Below, piece by piece: positions 49,440 through 61,899 of a DNA stretch of 64,000 bases. Position 1 is the first letter of the stretch. Each line of letters starts with the position of its first letter. Made by a program: the position numbers and the translations under genes. The stretch covers positions 13,903,480-13,967,479 of the forward strand of contig CM121342.1 in assembly GCA_051530055.1 (NCBI GenBank), given 5' to 3'. Under the pieces are notes generated by a model. It saw only the letters and a program-made list of their open reading frames with translations, was not told the origin of the DNA and searched no databases. Source of the DNA: Neoechinorhynchus agilis. Lineage: Eukaryota > Animalia > Acanthocephala.

Positions 49440-52400
49440 AAATTATAAGACTTCTAAAACAACAATCTTGCATACGCCATTTGAAAGGTTGTTTGTTTTT
49501 TAAGCACGAGATTGTGCGTTAAATTCTTTTAATTTTTTCCGCAATAAACAAACTGAAATTATTTATTTAATCCAATTGTTTTCGAAAACAACAATCTTGC
49601 TTACGCCATTTGCAAGGTTGTTTGTTATTAGGCACATAATTGTGCGTTCAAAATATCGAATCTAATAAATTCTTTCTATTTTGCCGTTATAAAAAGACTA
49701 AAATAATTTATTTATTCCGATTGTTTTCGGAACCACAATCTTGTGTACCCCATTCGCATGCTTGTTTGTTTTTAGGCACAAGATTTGTGCGTTCGAAATA
49801 TCGGAGCTAATAAATTATTTTTTATTTTGCCCCATAAACAAACCGAAACTATTTATTAATTTCAATTGTTTTCGGAACCACAATCTTGCGTACGCCACTT
49901 GCAAGGTTTTTTTGTAATTAGGCACGAAATTGTGCGTTCGAAATATCGGAGCTAATAAATTCTTTTAATTTTTGCCGTTATAAACAAACTTAAATTATTT
50001 ATTTAATCTGATTGTTTTCGGAACTACAATCTTGCGTACCCCATTTGCAAGGTTGTTTGTTTTATGGCACAAGATTGTGCGTTCGAAATATCGGAGCTAA
50101 TAAATTCTTTTAATTTTGCCCGTAAACAAACTAAAATTATTTATTTAATCTGATTGTTTTCGAAAACAAAAATCTTGAGTACCCGATTATCAAGGTTGTT
50201 TGTTATTAGGCACATAATTGTGCGTTCGAAATATCGGAGCTATAAATTCTTTTAATTTTTCCGCCATAAACAAACTGAAATGATTTATTTATTCCTATTT
50301 TTTTCGAAACTACAATCTTTCGTACGCCATTTGCAAGGTTCTTTGTTTTAAGGCACGAGATTGTGCGTTCGAAATATCGGAGCTAATAAATTCTTTTAAA
50401 TTTTACCCATAAACAAACTAAAATTATTTATTTAATCCGATTGTGTTCGGGACCACAATCTTCCGTACGCCATTTGCAAGGTTGTTTATTTTTAGGCACA
50501 GGATTGTGCGTTCGAAATATCGAACCTTATCAATTCCTTTAATTTTTCCGCAAAAAACAAACTAAAATTATTTAATCCGATTGTTTTCGAAAACAACAAT
50601 CTTGAGTACGCGATTATCAAGGTTGTTTGTTATTAGGCACATAATTGTGCGTTCGAAATATCGAATCTGAAAAATTCTTTTCATTTTTCCGCCATTAAAT
50701 AACTAAAATTATTTATTTAATCCGATTGTTTTCGAAATCAACAATATTAAGTACGCGATTATCAAGGCTGTTTGTTATTCGGGCCAGGATTGTGCGTTCG
50801 AAATTTCGGAGCTAATAAATTCTTTTAATTTTTCCCAAACAAACTAAAATTATTTATTTAATCCGATTGTTTCGGAACTACAATCTTGCGTACGCCATTT
50901 GCATGTTGTTTGTTTTAGGCACAAGATTGTGCGTTCGAAATATCGGAGCTAAAAATTCTTTTTTTTTTCGCCATAATCTAACAAAAATTATTATTAATCT
51001 GATTTTTTTCGAAAACAAAAATCTTGGGTACGCGATTATCAAGGTTGTTTGTTAAGGCACAAAATTGTTCGTTCGAAATATCGAATCTAATAAATTCTTT
51101 TAATTTTTTCCGCCATAAACAAAACTTAAATTATTTATTTAATCCGATTGTTTTCGGAACCACAATCTTGCGTACGCCATTTGCAAGGTTGTTTGCCTTA
51201 AGGCACAAGATTGTGCGTTCGAAATATCGAATCTAATAAATTCTTTTAATTGTTACCCCGTAAACAAACTAAAATAATTTATTTAATCCGATTGTTTTCG
51301 GAACAACAATCTTGAGTACGCCATTATCAATGTTGTTTTTTATTAGGCACAAGATTGTGCGTTCGAAATATCGAATCTAATAAATTCTTTTAATTTTCCG
51401 CCATAAACAAACAAAAGATAATTTATCTAATCGATTTTTTTCGAAAACAAAAATCTTGGGTACGCGATTATCAAGGTTGATTGTTAAGGCACAAAATTGA
51501 TCGTTCGAAATATCGAATCTAATAAATTCTTTTAATTTTTTCCGCCACAAACAAAAACTTAAATTATTTATTTAATCCGATTGTTTTCGAAACCACAATC
51601 TTGCGTACGCCATTTTCAGGGTTGTTTGCCTTAAGGCACAAGATTGTGCGTTCGAAATATCGGAGCTAATAAATTCTTTTAATTGTTACCCCGTAAACAA
51701 ACTAAAATAATTTATTTAATCCGATTGTTTTCGGAACTACAATCTTGCGTACGCCATTTGCAATGTTGTTTGTTCTTAGGTACAAGATTGTGCGTTCGAA
51801 ATATCGGAGCTAACAAATTCTTTTAATTTTTTTCGCCATAATCTAACAAAAATTATTGATCTAATCTGATTTTTTTCGAAAACAAAAATCTTGGGTACGC
51901 GATTATCAAGGTTGATTGTTAAGGCACAAAATTGATCGTTCGAAATATCGAATCTAATAAATTCTTTTAATTTTTTCCGCCACAAACAAAAACTTAAATT
52001 ATTTATTTAATCCGATTGTTTTCGAAACCACAATCTTGCGTACGCCATTTTCAGGGTTGTTTGCCTTAAGGCACAAGATTGTGCGTTCGAAATATCGGAG
52101 CTAATAAATTCTTTTAATTGTTACCCCGTAAACAAACTAAAATTATTTATTTAATCTTATTGTTTTCGAAAACAAAAATCTTCAGTACGCGATTATCAAG
52201 GTAGATTGTTATTAGGCACATAATTGTGCGTTCGAAATATCGGAGCTATAAATTCTTTTAAATTTTCCGCCATAAACAAACTGAAATGATTTATTCCTTT
52301 TTTTCGAAACTACAATCTTTCGTACGCCATTTGCAAGGCTCTTTGTTTTAAGGCACGAGATTGTGCGTTCGAAATATCGGAGCTAATAAATTCTTTTAAT

Positions 52401-52482
52401 TTTTACCCCATAGACAAACTAAAATTATATATTTAATCCGATTGTATTCGAAAACAACAATCTTGAGTACGCGATTATCAAG
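49440..52482. repeat. About 143-bp tandem satellite, about 21 units, two subtypes
   Basis: GTGCGTTCGAAATATCG recurs every ~143 nt (e.g. GTTCG at 50081, 50224, 50367). Subtypes CTTGCGTACGCCATTTGCAAG and CTTGAGTACGCGATTATCAAG. Confidence 0.97.
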
Positions 52483-52486
52483 AATA

Positions 52487-52635
52487 TGTAATAGATCGAT
52501 TAACACGTTTTTAATCGATTAGTCGACTGGTCGATTAACACACGCTTAATCGATTTATCATGTAGGGTTAAAAATAGGTGTGTGCGATTAAGTGTTGAAT
52601 AAAAAATGTCGCTAAAAAAAGAATACAATGCGACA
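52487..52635 (+). repeat. 5' LTR (149 bp) of the Gypsy element, followed by a PBS at 52638-52647
   Basis: Begins TGT, ends ACA and has an internal AATAAA. Then TC and TGGCGACGAG, a PBS typical of Mag-like elements. Confidence 0.7.
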
Positions 52636-55600
52636 TCTGGCGACGAGGGTGGGATCCCGTTGGGCGAAATCCTGAAGGATCAAGCAACCCAAATCAAAGA
52701 GTTGTTACAGCAACAGCAGCAACAAAATGCGATGATTATGGAGATGTTCAAAGTCATGAAATGTACTGGACAATTAGAAAACCCAGAAAAGAAGACAGTG
52801 AGTCCATTCCGACCATTCGATTCCACAAAACAATCGTGGTGCGAGTATATGGAACAAGTGAATGAATACATGAAAGCGAATGGAATTGACGGAAGCGAGT
52901 ATCAGAAATCAAGTTTGTTAGCCTGGATTGGGGCTGACACATATGAAACGATAAAGAAGATAACAGCCGCTCAAGACTTAGTGAATATGCCATATAGTAA
53001 ACTACTGGAGACGTTAGAGCGACATTTCCAGGCAGAGGTTCCTGAGATTTTGGCACGATATATGTTTAACTCCAAGAAGAAGGAGGAATGCCAAACACAA
53101 TGGTGGTGAAATTATTCATGGAGCAGAATAAGCAACCGGTTAAATGGGCTCCGAGAAGGATTCCTTATTCTCTTCAACGACCGGTTAAGAACGAAATCGA
53201 TCGATTGGTCGATGCAGGTATCCTCGTTCCCGTGGATAGCAATAAGGAAAGTCCCGATTGGTTGACACCGTTAGTAGTTGTTAGGAAACCTTCGGGGAAA
53301 ATTCGTTTATGTGGGGATTTCCGAGTCACAATTAACAAATTTTTGAAAGACGGAACCCACATAATGCCGACGTTCGAGGACATTGCTCATCAGATAGCGG
53401 GTAGTAGATTGTACTCTGTAATCGATCTGAAAGAAGCTTACCTGCAACTACCAATGGATGATGAAAGCAGTAAGTTACTATCGATCAGTACTCCATGGGG
53501 AACATATAGATTCACGAGATTACCATTCGGAATATCAGCCGCGCCAGCTATCTTCCAGAATTACATCGATGATCTTCTCAAAGGAATCCAGGGAGTATGC
53601 GCGTATTTGGACGATATTATCATAGGAACCGAAAACATGACTACTCATCGGAAAACTTTGGAACAAGTATTTCAACGTCTGCTGGATGTCAATCTCAAAG
53701 TATCACCTGAGAAATGTTCATGAAGACCGAAGTGAAATATCTGGGGTATACCTTCAAAAACAACAGAATATGTGTGACGGATGATCATTCCTCGGTTTAG
53801 CGAACTTCCACATTCGATTTGTTCCAAATTTTCAGAATACATGCGAGCGTCTTTACAGGTTAGTTTCGTCTAAAAGTATATGGGAGTGGACGGACGAACA
53901 CCAGAATTGTTTCGACAATGTATACCTTCAAAAACAACAGAATATGTGCGACGGATGATAAGACGAGAGCTCTCACGAATGCAGTCAGTCCGCGAAATCA
54001 AAAGGAGCTTCGATCATTCCTCGGTTTAGCGAACTTCCACAATCGATTTGTTCCAAATTTTCAGAATACATGCGAGCGTCTTTACAGGTTAGTTTCGTCT
54101 AAAAGTACATGGGAGTGGTCGGACGAACACCAGAATTGTTTGGACAATATTAAAGAAAGTTTGAAAAATTCTCAAGAACTCATCCCATTCGATGAGCGAA
54201 CGCCAATAACGCTCACTTGTGATGCCAGCGAGCGAGGACTTGGCGCAGCGTTGTTTCATCGCACACCGGAGGGTCTTGTTCCGATAGCTTTTGCATCACG
54301 AATATTGCAAGCAGCCGAACAAAATTATTCGTCGATTGAAAAGGAAGCCTTAGCCTTGGTATACGGAGTGAAATATTTTCACGAGTATTTATATGGACGT
54401 CGTTTTCAGTTACATACCGATCATAAACCATTAGAGTTTATTTTTGGAAGGAACAGAGAATTACCGAAGCTGACGAATAATAGAATAGTACGATGGGCAC
54501 TTTTCCTGGCGCAATACGAATATGAGATCAGTCATATTCCAGGAATTGAAAATTCGATTGCGGATACACTGTCAAGGATGCCGGATCAAACAGCGAACGA
54601 TATGAGCAGTGTCAGTGAAATAAAGTTGATCAGGCTAATCCAAACGGAGAAGACGGACCGTTTCGATTTAAGCATAGAAGGCTTACGAAAGGCCACGATG
54701 ACGGATAAGCAGTTGGCGAAGGTGAAGCGTTGTTTAATCGAAGGATGACCGAAACGATGCGGAGATGTATCTGCGGCTATTTACAATAGAAAGAATGAAC
54801 TCAACATAGAAGACGGCATAGTGATGTATAATCAAAGAATAGTGGTGCCAGAATCTCTTCGAAGCCATTTTCTTAAAATAATGCATCACGGACATCCAGG
54901 AGAGAACGCCATGAAGGCCTTATCGCGTTATTATTGTTGGTGGCCGGAATTGGATCACGACATTATTAGGGAAATAAATACCTGCCAAAATTGTCAACGA
55001 TTGCGCCCTGAAGCACGCGAAGTCCCGTTGATCAATTGGGATGTTCCACAAGGTCCTGGTAAGCGAATACATCTGGACATAGCCGGCCCTATCGAAGGAA
55101 AGTTGTACCTGGTGGCAATGGACGCATACACAAAATGGCTCGAAGTATGGTCTGGCTACAATTTCTCAACGGATAATGTCGTCAATCGATTACGCGAATT
55201 ATTTGTGAGATTTGGGGTACCAGAAACAATCGTTTCCGATAATGGTCCCCAATTTGCGAGCCACGAATTCAGAGCGTTCTGTCAAGCTAATGGAATCGAT
55301 GCTGTGCGAACAACCCCATATCATCCGAAAAATAATGGATTGGTGGAGAGATTCATAAAGACGTTAAAATTAAGGGCGTTGTTGACCAAGACTACGGATA
55401 GAAAGAGAGACATCCAAAGGTTTCTACTCGCATATCGAAATACACCGCACAGCACTACTGGAAAAGCGCCATCGGAGTTAATGTTCGGAAGGAAAATAGC
55501 CACATGTCTAGATAACCTACGACCAACAACGGAGAAGACGATCAAACGAAATCTGAGAAAGATGAAAGAGCGACATGACGGTAAAAGCGAAATAAGGAAA

Positions 55601-55720
55601 TTCGACGAAAATGATACAGTTTGGGTACGAGATAGCAGACGAAATGAATGGAATGAAGGCATCGTCCTAGCTCAGACTGGACCAAACTCGTACCGAATCA
55701 AAACAGGGAAAATGAATGCT
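52487..55720 (+). mobile_element. Defective Ty3/Gypsy (Mag-like) LTR retrotransposon; 3' LTR absent
   Basis: gag (PFRPFD...LLAWIG), RT (IRLCGDFR, IDLKEAYLQ, YLDDII), RNase H (CDAS, EKEALA, DHKPL, ADTLSR) and integrase (HHGHPG, C..C, VSDNGPQF). Protease is deleted, there is a W-to-stop at 54746-54748 and an internal duplication. Confidence 0.95.
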
Positions 55721-55945
55721 TTTAAATTTCAACCATAAACAAACTAAAATTATTTATTTCATCCATTTGTTTCTGAAAACAACAATCTTGCGTACGCGAT
55801 TATCAAGGCTGTTTGTGTTTAGGTACAAGATTGTGCCTTCGAAATATCAAATCTGAAAAATTCTTTTCATTTTTCCGCCATAAACAAACTACAATCATTT
55901 ATTTCATCCGATAGTTCTCGAAAACAACAATCTTCAGTAAGCGAC
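55720..55945. repeat. Continuation of the 143-bp satellite (about 1.5 units)
   Basis: CCATAAACAAACTAAAATT...ACAATCTTGCGTACGCGATTATCAAGG matches the 49.4-52.5 kb unit. Confidence 0.9.
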
Positions 55946-56199
55946 TATCGCTGGCCTGGTTTTTTTTCACGTTGTCGATCACCCGAACAGCGACTAACCT
56001 TTCAACGCCTTTTCTTATCAAATCTTGATAACCTCCCTTACCCTTGATCACACTCCTCTAACTGGGCGGAAAGAAGCTTTAAATGGATCGACTTGACTCA
56101 CTGATCTAAGTAATATCACGCTCTCAGGATTTAGGTTGATAAGTAGCTCAATTATCTAAAAATGGACTCTTGACGAACAAATCTTGTTGTTGTTGATCT

Positions 56200-57520
56200 A
56201 GCATGCTTGATCCCTTTCCTTTTTACAAAATGCGCTGAATTCATCACTTTTCAATTATGGTTCATTGTCCGTTATTACGCTTCGATGTGTTCCCATTTCC
56301 GAGAAGCATTTGCGAAATCTTATTTCAACACTTCGGGCTTTTCCGCGTTTCACTATAGATTCCAAACCCCGATGATTTGGCCATTAGACACTGCATGCTT
56401 TTGCCGACGCTATTCGCTGTATTTTTGTCAATTCCGTTCCGCCAAGCATAGTACCCGTGAACGCTTTCATTCTTTAAACCTCTGCATGTCCTTCGTACAG
56501 TACTGAAAATACACTGCTTCGCAGCGAAACCGATATGACACGTCGTTGTAAATACATCCAAATTCCTCCCTCCAACGACCCTGCAACTTTATCAGTAAAT
56601 TTTCCTTGATAAGATTGGGGTTGTAGTGACGATAATTCTGGATAAAGCATATTTCAATTTAATAATATATGTTTCATTCACCACAACTCCTACACTATCA
56701 TCCCGAAGGATTTTCTCTCGGATCTTCTTTGATATATTTAGCAATCCTAAGTAATTTAACATCCTTGCGAGTTTCGAATCTCTCCAGCTTTTCATCCTAG
56801 ATTACTGTGAACACTTCAAATTTCTATTTAATGTCTCGTGGAACATATTCAGTATTGTCGATATGTGAGGTACCGGGGTAAACTGATGATGAGTCCGATG
56901 AGGTTTTAAACGTCTTTAATAAAAAATCATTTACCGCTTGAAAACCTAACTAATACTTATATTCAATATTGGACAGGCGGGACGAACAATCAGCCGCTAC
57001 GTTGTCCTTTCCCGGTACATGCCTCATATCTTCCAAACATCGCTTCCTTCCGACGGATATACCGGTGGTTTACGATCTGTCTCAGTAATGAATTTTCGTC
57101 CAGCGGCATAACTGGTCGCACTCGCTTTTTTTCTCGATAATTGCATATCACACTTCAGTTGGTCTCAATAACCTGGATGCAGAAATAACCAGCATCTTGA
57201 CACCATCACGTTCTTGGAATAAAACGGCACTATCACCTTGGTTGCTACATGTAACGATCACGGGCGCGTTAACATCACAAGATACGACTTTTGAGCGTTT
57301 ATGATTTTTAGTTTATTATCCCACTTCCAAATCCTTTCTTTTCTCAGTAGCTCGTAAGAGAACTGCAAACTAATTACAAATCTTTCTTGGTACGTGGCCA
57401 TATTCAAGAAACCCTTAAACTCGCCTTCATTTGTTTTAATTACTATATCTGATATATCCCCAATTTTGTATTCGTCCGCCTTGACCCATACAAATTCGTC
57501 ACCTTTGATTTCATAAAATT
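56200..57520 (-). pseudogene. Degenerate Gypsy pol remnant (RT-RNase H at 56960-57520, integrase at 56200-56500), interrupted by a Penelope-like piece
   Basis: EFKGFLNMATY, SAVLFQERDG...ASRLL, HVPGKDNVAADCSSR and SVITDNEP..SDEFSAFCKRKGIKH. Confidence 0.7.
56560..56990. mobile_element. Penelope-like remnant with a degenerate hammerhead-bearing terminus at 56880-56917 (+)
   Basis: AAA-CTGATGA-TGAGTCCGATGAGGTTTT-AAA-CG-TC-TTT. The downstream sequence is homologous to the 60784-60918 inverted repeat. Confidence 0.55.
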
Positions 57521-57639
57521 ATATTTTTCACCATTGAAATAAACTCATCCTTAGTACAGTGTCCCTGAAGCTTTTTTTATCTGTTGACACATTGAAAGAA
57601 CTAAAAAATTTGCGGCGCATAAGGAAAACACAAAATGGA

Positions 57640-58420
57640 AAATAAATTTGCCTATTTTTAAGCCAAAAGTGATGTATGCTATCAGCAGTGCATCTCTACT
57701 TAAAGCTTATAACGGTGAAAAATTAACAGGTTGGATGGAGATTTCGTTTAGGCTCTTAGTTTTTAGTGTGAAGATTCCGGTAGCTAGAAGATGCCCGTCA
57801 ACGGTTGCAAACAATCGGCTTAGGAATCACTCCTGGCATCGAGAATTCATAACTCTTTAATTACAAATTCTCGTGACCTAATGAACCGAACTCGATTGGC
57901 AGTATTCTCTAGTAGACCCTTCTCTCCGACGAGAAAGAGCCGCATTGTCCCTGACACTTGTGTGCCGATGAGCACATCCCATCATTGCCGTCGGAGAGCG
58001 ACTGTGGAGCCATCGGGACGATATGGTTTCAGGTACTCACTAGACGCCGAAGTGAACGCAATTCTTAGCTGTGCCCTGAATACTGCATATGCAACCAACA
58101 TCTTAGAGCCGAGAAATCTTTGCCGATTCGATCTCAGTAGACCTGACGGTATCACAGTATTCCAGTGGTGTTTTCTCGGAGACGCCGTTCGCAGCCAGCA
58201 ATATAAAATTCGCCACTGTTAAACCCGAAGAGGAGTAAACGCCGCTGAGGAGCGCCAAAAGAGATCAAATACAGGGACCTGAGTCGAATTCATTAGCGTC
58301 GTTCCCTTTGGGGTCGCGACACTCAGGTCGTTTGGTACCGCAGCGCAGGACCTAGTCAATCAATTGTCCAACAAACTCGGGCGAATCACTGACGATCAGA
58401 GGGCATTAAGCATTTCTGCT
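57640..58420 (+). pseudogene. Degenerate CRE-like fragment (RLE region)
   Basis: NILEPRNLCRFDLSRPDGITVFQW and VVPFGVATL. Confidence 0.7.
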
Positions 58421-58800
58421 GCAAGTCTAACCATCCTTTCGACCATTACCCTAGGACGGCAGCTGAGTGATCATGAGTGGTAGCGTGAATGTTGAAAATC
58501 ACATTTAGATGGTGTGCGGGATTTCGTAGATCAAAAATCCACTTCACATGACTCTGGTTCGGTCTCCGTTTCAAATTTTTAAACTTGTACCTCTCAGCGC
58601 CTTCGTATTGCCTGTCTCCTAAATGATTTGCGAGCACTGGAATACGTCGGCACTCAACCATGACAGCAAAATCTTCTCTTTTCATTATCAACGACTACTC
58701 CATTCACCTTGAAATGCTCTTTCGATTGTTCTATACATTCGCAACACTTTTGGTATTTGTTTAACCATTAAATTTTATTTGTTAAAGTACAAACGTGCAA

Positions 58801-59560
58801 TCACCACCGCCCAACCTTGTCGTCGAGCTTAGCCAATCCTTCCTTATGCTTGAAGAATGTTGCTGTTCGGACCTTGTATAACAATTTCGGCATAAAGAGC
58901 GCGTTCTTTATGAGAAACAAGGCTTCATGAGCCGAGAGAGCGCTCGCCCTATCGCACAGCAACGAAAGTTTCGGTACGATACGGCCGATGTCAGCTTCCA
59001 CATTTGAATCAAAGACGCAACTGCCCAGGAGGCTGAGTTGCTCTGGAGTCACGAGTTTCAGATCTGGAGCTACGGCCTCGAACCCATCCATTAGCTCCTT
59101 GATTTTGGCGGCGTCTTCGATATTTAATACTAGGAGTTCACACTTTCCAGCATTGAGCTCAATGCCCATTCTCGAGGTCTCCCTAATTTGCGTCTCCAAA
59201 TCGCGCAGTACAACGGAGGGATCACCTTTGAGCGTAGCATCATCCAAGTACCAAGCGTTGAAGCTGGAATGGAGAGAATGCGCTATTATGCGGCTGAACA
59301 ACCAAGCAGCGCTTAGTAATCTTATCGGCATGCGGATGGACAGTCCGATCTTCGCTGCTGCCAAGAACACCCTGAAGAAGCCGTTGGACGGCGAAAGCTA
59401 GGTGTTTCAATAAAAATCTCTCTCTTTCAGTCGGATTGTCAATCAAACAATCATCAATGGATTTACTGTTAGTGATAATGCGATTGGACCGAGAGGATCT
59501 CCTTGCTGCACTCCTATTTCGGACCAAATGAGGTGGTCTTCGAAAAGCAAAGGAGTCGCG
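58801..59560 (-). pseudogene. Rearranged CRE-like fragments (RT and C-terminal pieces)
   Basis: GVQQGDPLGPIALSL, ERERFLLKHLAFAVQR, and WYLDDATLKGDP...GIELNAGKCEL...FMPKLLYKVR. Confidence 0.85.
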
Positions 59561-60783
59561 TCGGTGGTGGTGGTGGCGGCATCGGTGTCGTCGTTGGTGA
59601 AGGCGGCAGACGAATTAGTCTCAATAAAAAATTGCGCACAAAATGCTTTAAACGAGGGAACTGAGATTTTGCATTTATTATCCCCTTTCCTCTCTTTCGT
59701 GAGCAATTTCAGCAGTTCTCCCTGACTTTTCCGCTGATCTATCACTATCTTCAATAATTCGGGTATCCCATCGTCGCCAAATGTAGTATTCGCAAAATTT
59801 ATTTTATATGAAACGCAAAATACCCAAAAAAGCAACAAGCGAGTTATAGTCAGGACTTCACTCGGCGCATTCAATAGTAAGATGCATCATCTGGATATTG
59901 ATCACACTAGAACGCTAAGTTTACTCAAAACTCTAATGGAATGAATCTTCTGTTTCTTTTCAAAAATCAGACCTCCAGAAGCAAGATTATCATTTGCTAC
60001 ATGGTTCATCATGAGGATGCAAAAAATAATTGATATCTACATTTCGGATCTGACAAGAGATGCTCAATCCTTCCTCTGGAGAATGCCCTACAACGGAGAA
60101 GACATGGAGGAAATTAAATCAACACAATCGTGCGAAAATGGCCAAATTAATGAATTAACGAACATCTTGTACGAGCTGAGCCGCATCGGATAATAGTATT
60201 GTTATATTGAGATGGTATTATAAACAACCTGGATCTCGATGCGTGTACTAGGAATATCATCGGATTCAAGCGAACTGTCTGTCGGCTATCTATTCAGTTT
60301 GTCGTTGTATGGAGCACCTCAACACAAAAAATATATGCGTGTTCATGGCCAGTGCCGCCATTTTTAATTAATATATAAACAAAAATCCTAAATTCTCATT
60401 ATATATAAGAACGCATTAAGATTCTGTTGAAAACAATAGATATTTTTATTTTCATAAAAAGTTGAATATTTTTGAAATCGAACAACAATGAAACACAGTC
60501 CTGAAGATATCTTTCAAGCGCCTCCAAGCACTTAAAAACTTAAAGCGCTTAAAACCATTAACATTTATTTACTTCGTTATTGTCTTTATTTTGAATTTAG
60601 CATAAATGCGGATTGTGGGGAGGGCTTTTCTTAAAATCGACCTCGAAGAGTGGAAATGTGAAGGTTTAAAACACAGCAAATTCCATGAGCGTTACAAAAT
60701 CTCCTATTAGATTTCTCACATTTTACGGTCCACATTCTCTTATTTTCGAGAATAACAATATCGAAATATTAGTCATAATGAAA

Positions 60784-60918
60784 TATAAGTTTTCACCGGG
60801 TAAATAATTTTTTATTAAAGACGTTTCCAATCTCGTCGGGTTCATTATCAGTTTGTTATGAACATGACGAAGTTCGAAACGTCAGTAATAAAAAATTATT
60901 TACCGGGTGAAGACATAA
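60784..60918. repeat. Diverged inverted repeat of a Penelope-like terminus with degenerate hammerheads
   Basis: Arms at about 60784-60847 and 60858-60918. GAAACGTC is present in both arms, and CTGATAA in the left arm (minus strand). Confidence 0.65.
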
Positions 60919-61020
60919 ACAATAATCCCAATTTTTCTCCCTCTGTCAACGTCCTCTCTCTCGTCAACGTCCTATAATCAATGAACAGTGAACGAGAATC
61001 GGCCAAGTATTCCGCTCTTG

Positions 61021-61805
61021 ATATTGCACTAAAGAAATGATTATGATGGTGAGCTGAAGGAATAAATTATGAATATATTAATCAGAATTTTCGACCAATG
61101 CGTTGGTCTTCTTCAGTGATCTGAAACACACATGCAATTAGTCTGGATTGAGTTTCCACCCTTTCACCACAGCGTTAAAGGGTACACGTAAATTAAGTGT
61201 GTAGTCCGCTTTGTGATGCGTGAACGTGTTGCCGTGTTCAATCATGATGGCCTCCATTGTGATTCGGTCACGGGCGAGATGCGAACGGTATTTAACAGAA
61301 AAGGGAGAATCTTAGATGGCATGTTCCTACCCAGAAGGGTTGACGAGGTCTCCGGGTGCACAGGATACCCTTTAACGATTGCGACCAATCATATATTGGA
61401 CAAACCAATAACATCCGAAGAAGGTTGACCGAACACAGACCGGCCATCAGCAAGTTGACCGATCTCAACTCAGCATTAGTTCATCACGTTAAAGAAAACA
61501 AACATCGAATTGATCTTGATGCCACTGAAATAATGGCGATATGTGACAACAAACGTGACCGAATCACAATGGAGGCCATCGTGATTGAACACGGCAACAC
61601 GTTCACGCATCACAAAGCGGACTACACACTTAGTTTACGTGTACCCTTTAACGCTGTGGTGAAAGGGTGGAAACTCAATCCGGACTAATGTGCATGTGTG
61701 TTTCAGATCACTAAAGAAGACCAACGCATTAGTCGAAAATTCTGATTAATATATTCATAATTTTTTCCTTCAGCTCACCATCATAATTAATTCCTAAGTG
61801 AATAT
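61021..61805 (+). mobile_element. 5'-truncated Penelope-like element with an inverted ~250-bp copy of its 3' end
   Basis: GIY-YIG ORF 61356-61688 (HRIPFNDCDQSYIGQT...HRIDL). Arms at 61021-61272 and 61554-61805 are near-identical in reverse complement. Confidence 0.9.
61080..61121 (-). ncRNA. Minimal type I hammerhead ribozyme, intact core
   Basis: GAUCA-CUGAAGA-A-GACCAA(CGCA)UUGGUC-GAAA-AU-UC/UGAUU: 5-bp stem I, 6-bp stem II and palindromic AAUU stem III. Predicted cleavage after UUC, between 61085 and 61084. Confidence 0.85.
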
Positions 61806-61899
61806 CTACACAACTAAAGAAATGCTTTGAACGAGTTACTGAAACTCTAAAGGAATCATTGATTGAAGTGGTGAGCACAGTTTAGAATATATTAGCGGA

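Noticed and set aside
50075-50095. Pol III B-box or tRNA-derived unit in the 143-bp satellite (GTTCGAAAT)
   Set aside because: It deviates from the consensus, with no A-box or cloverleaf.
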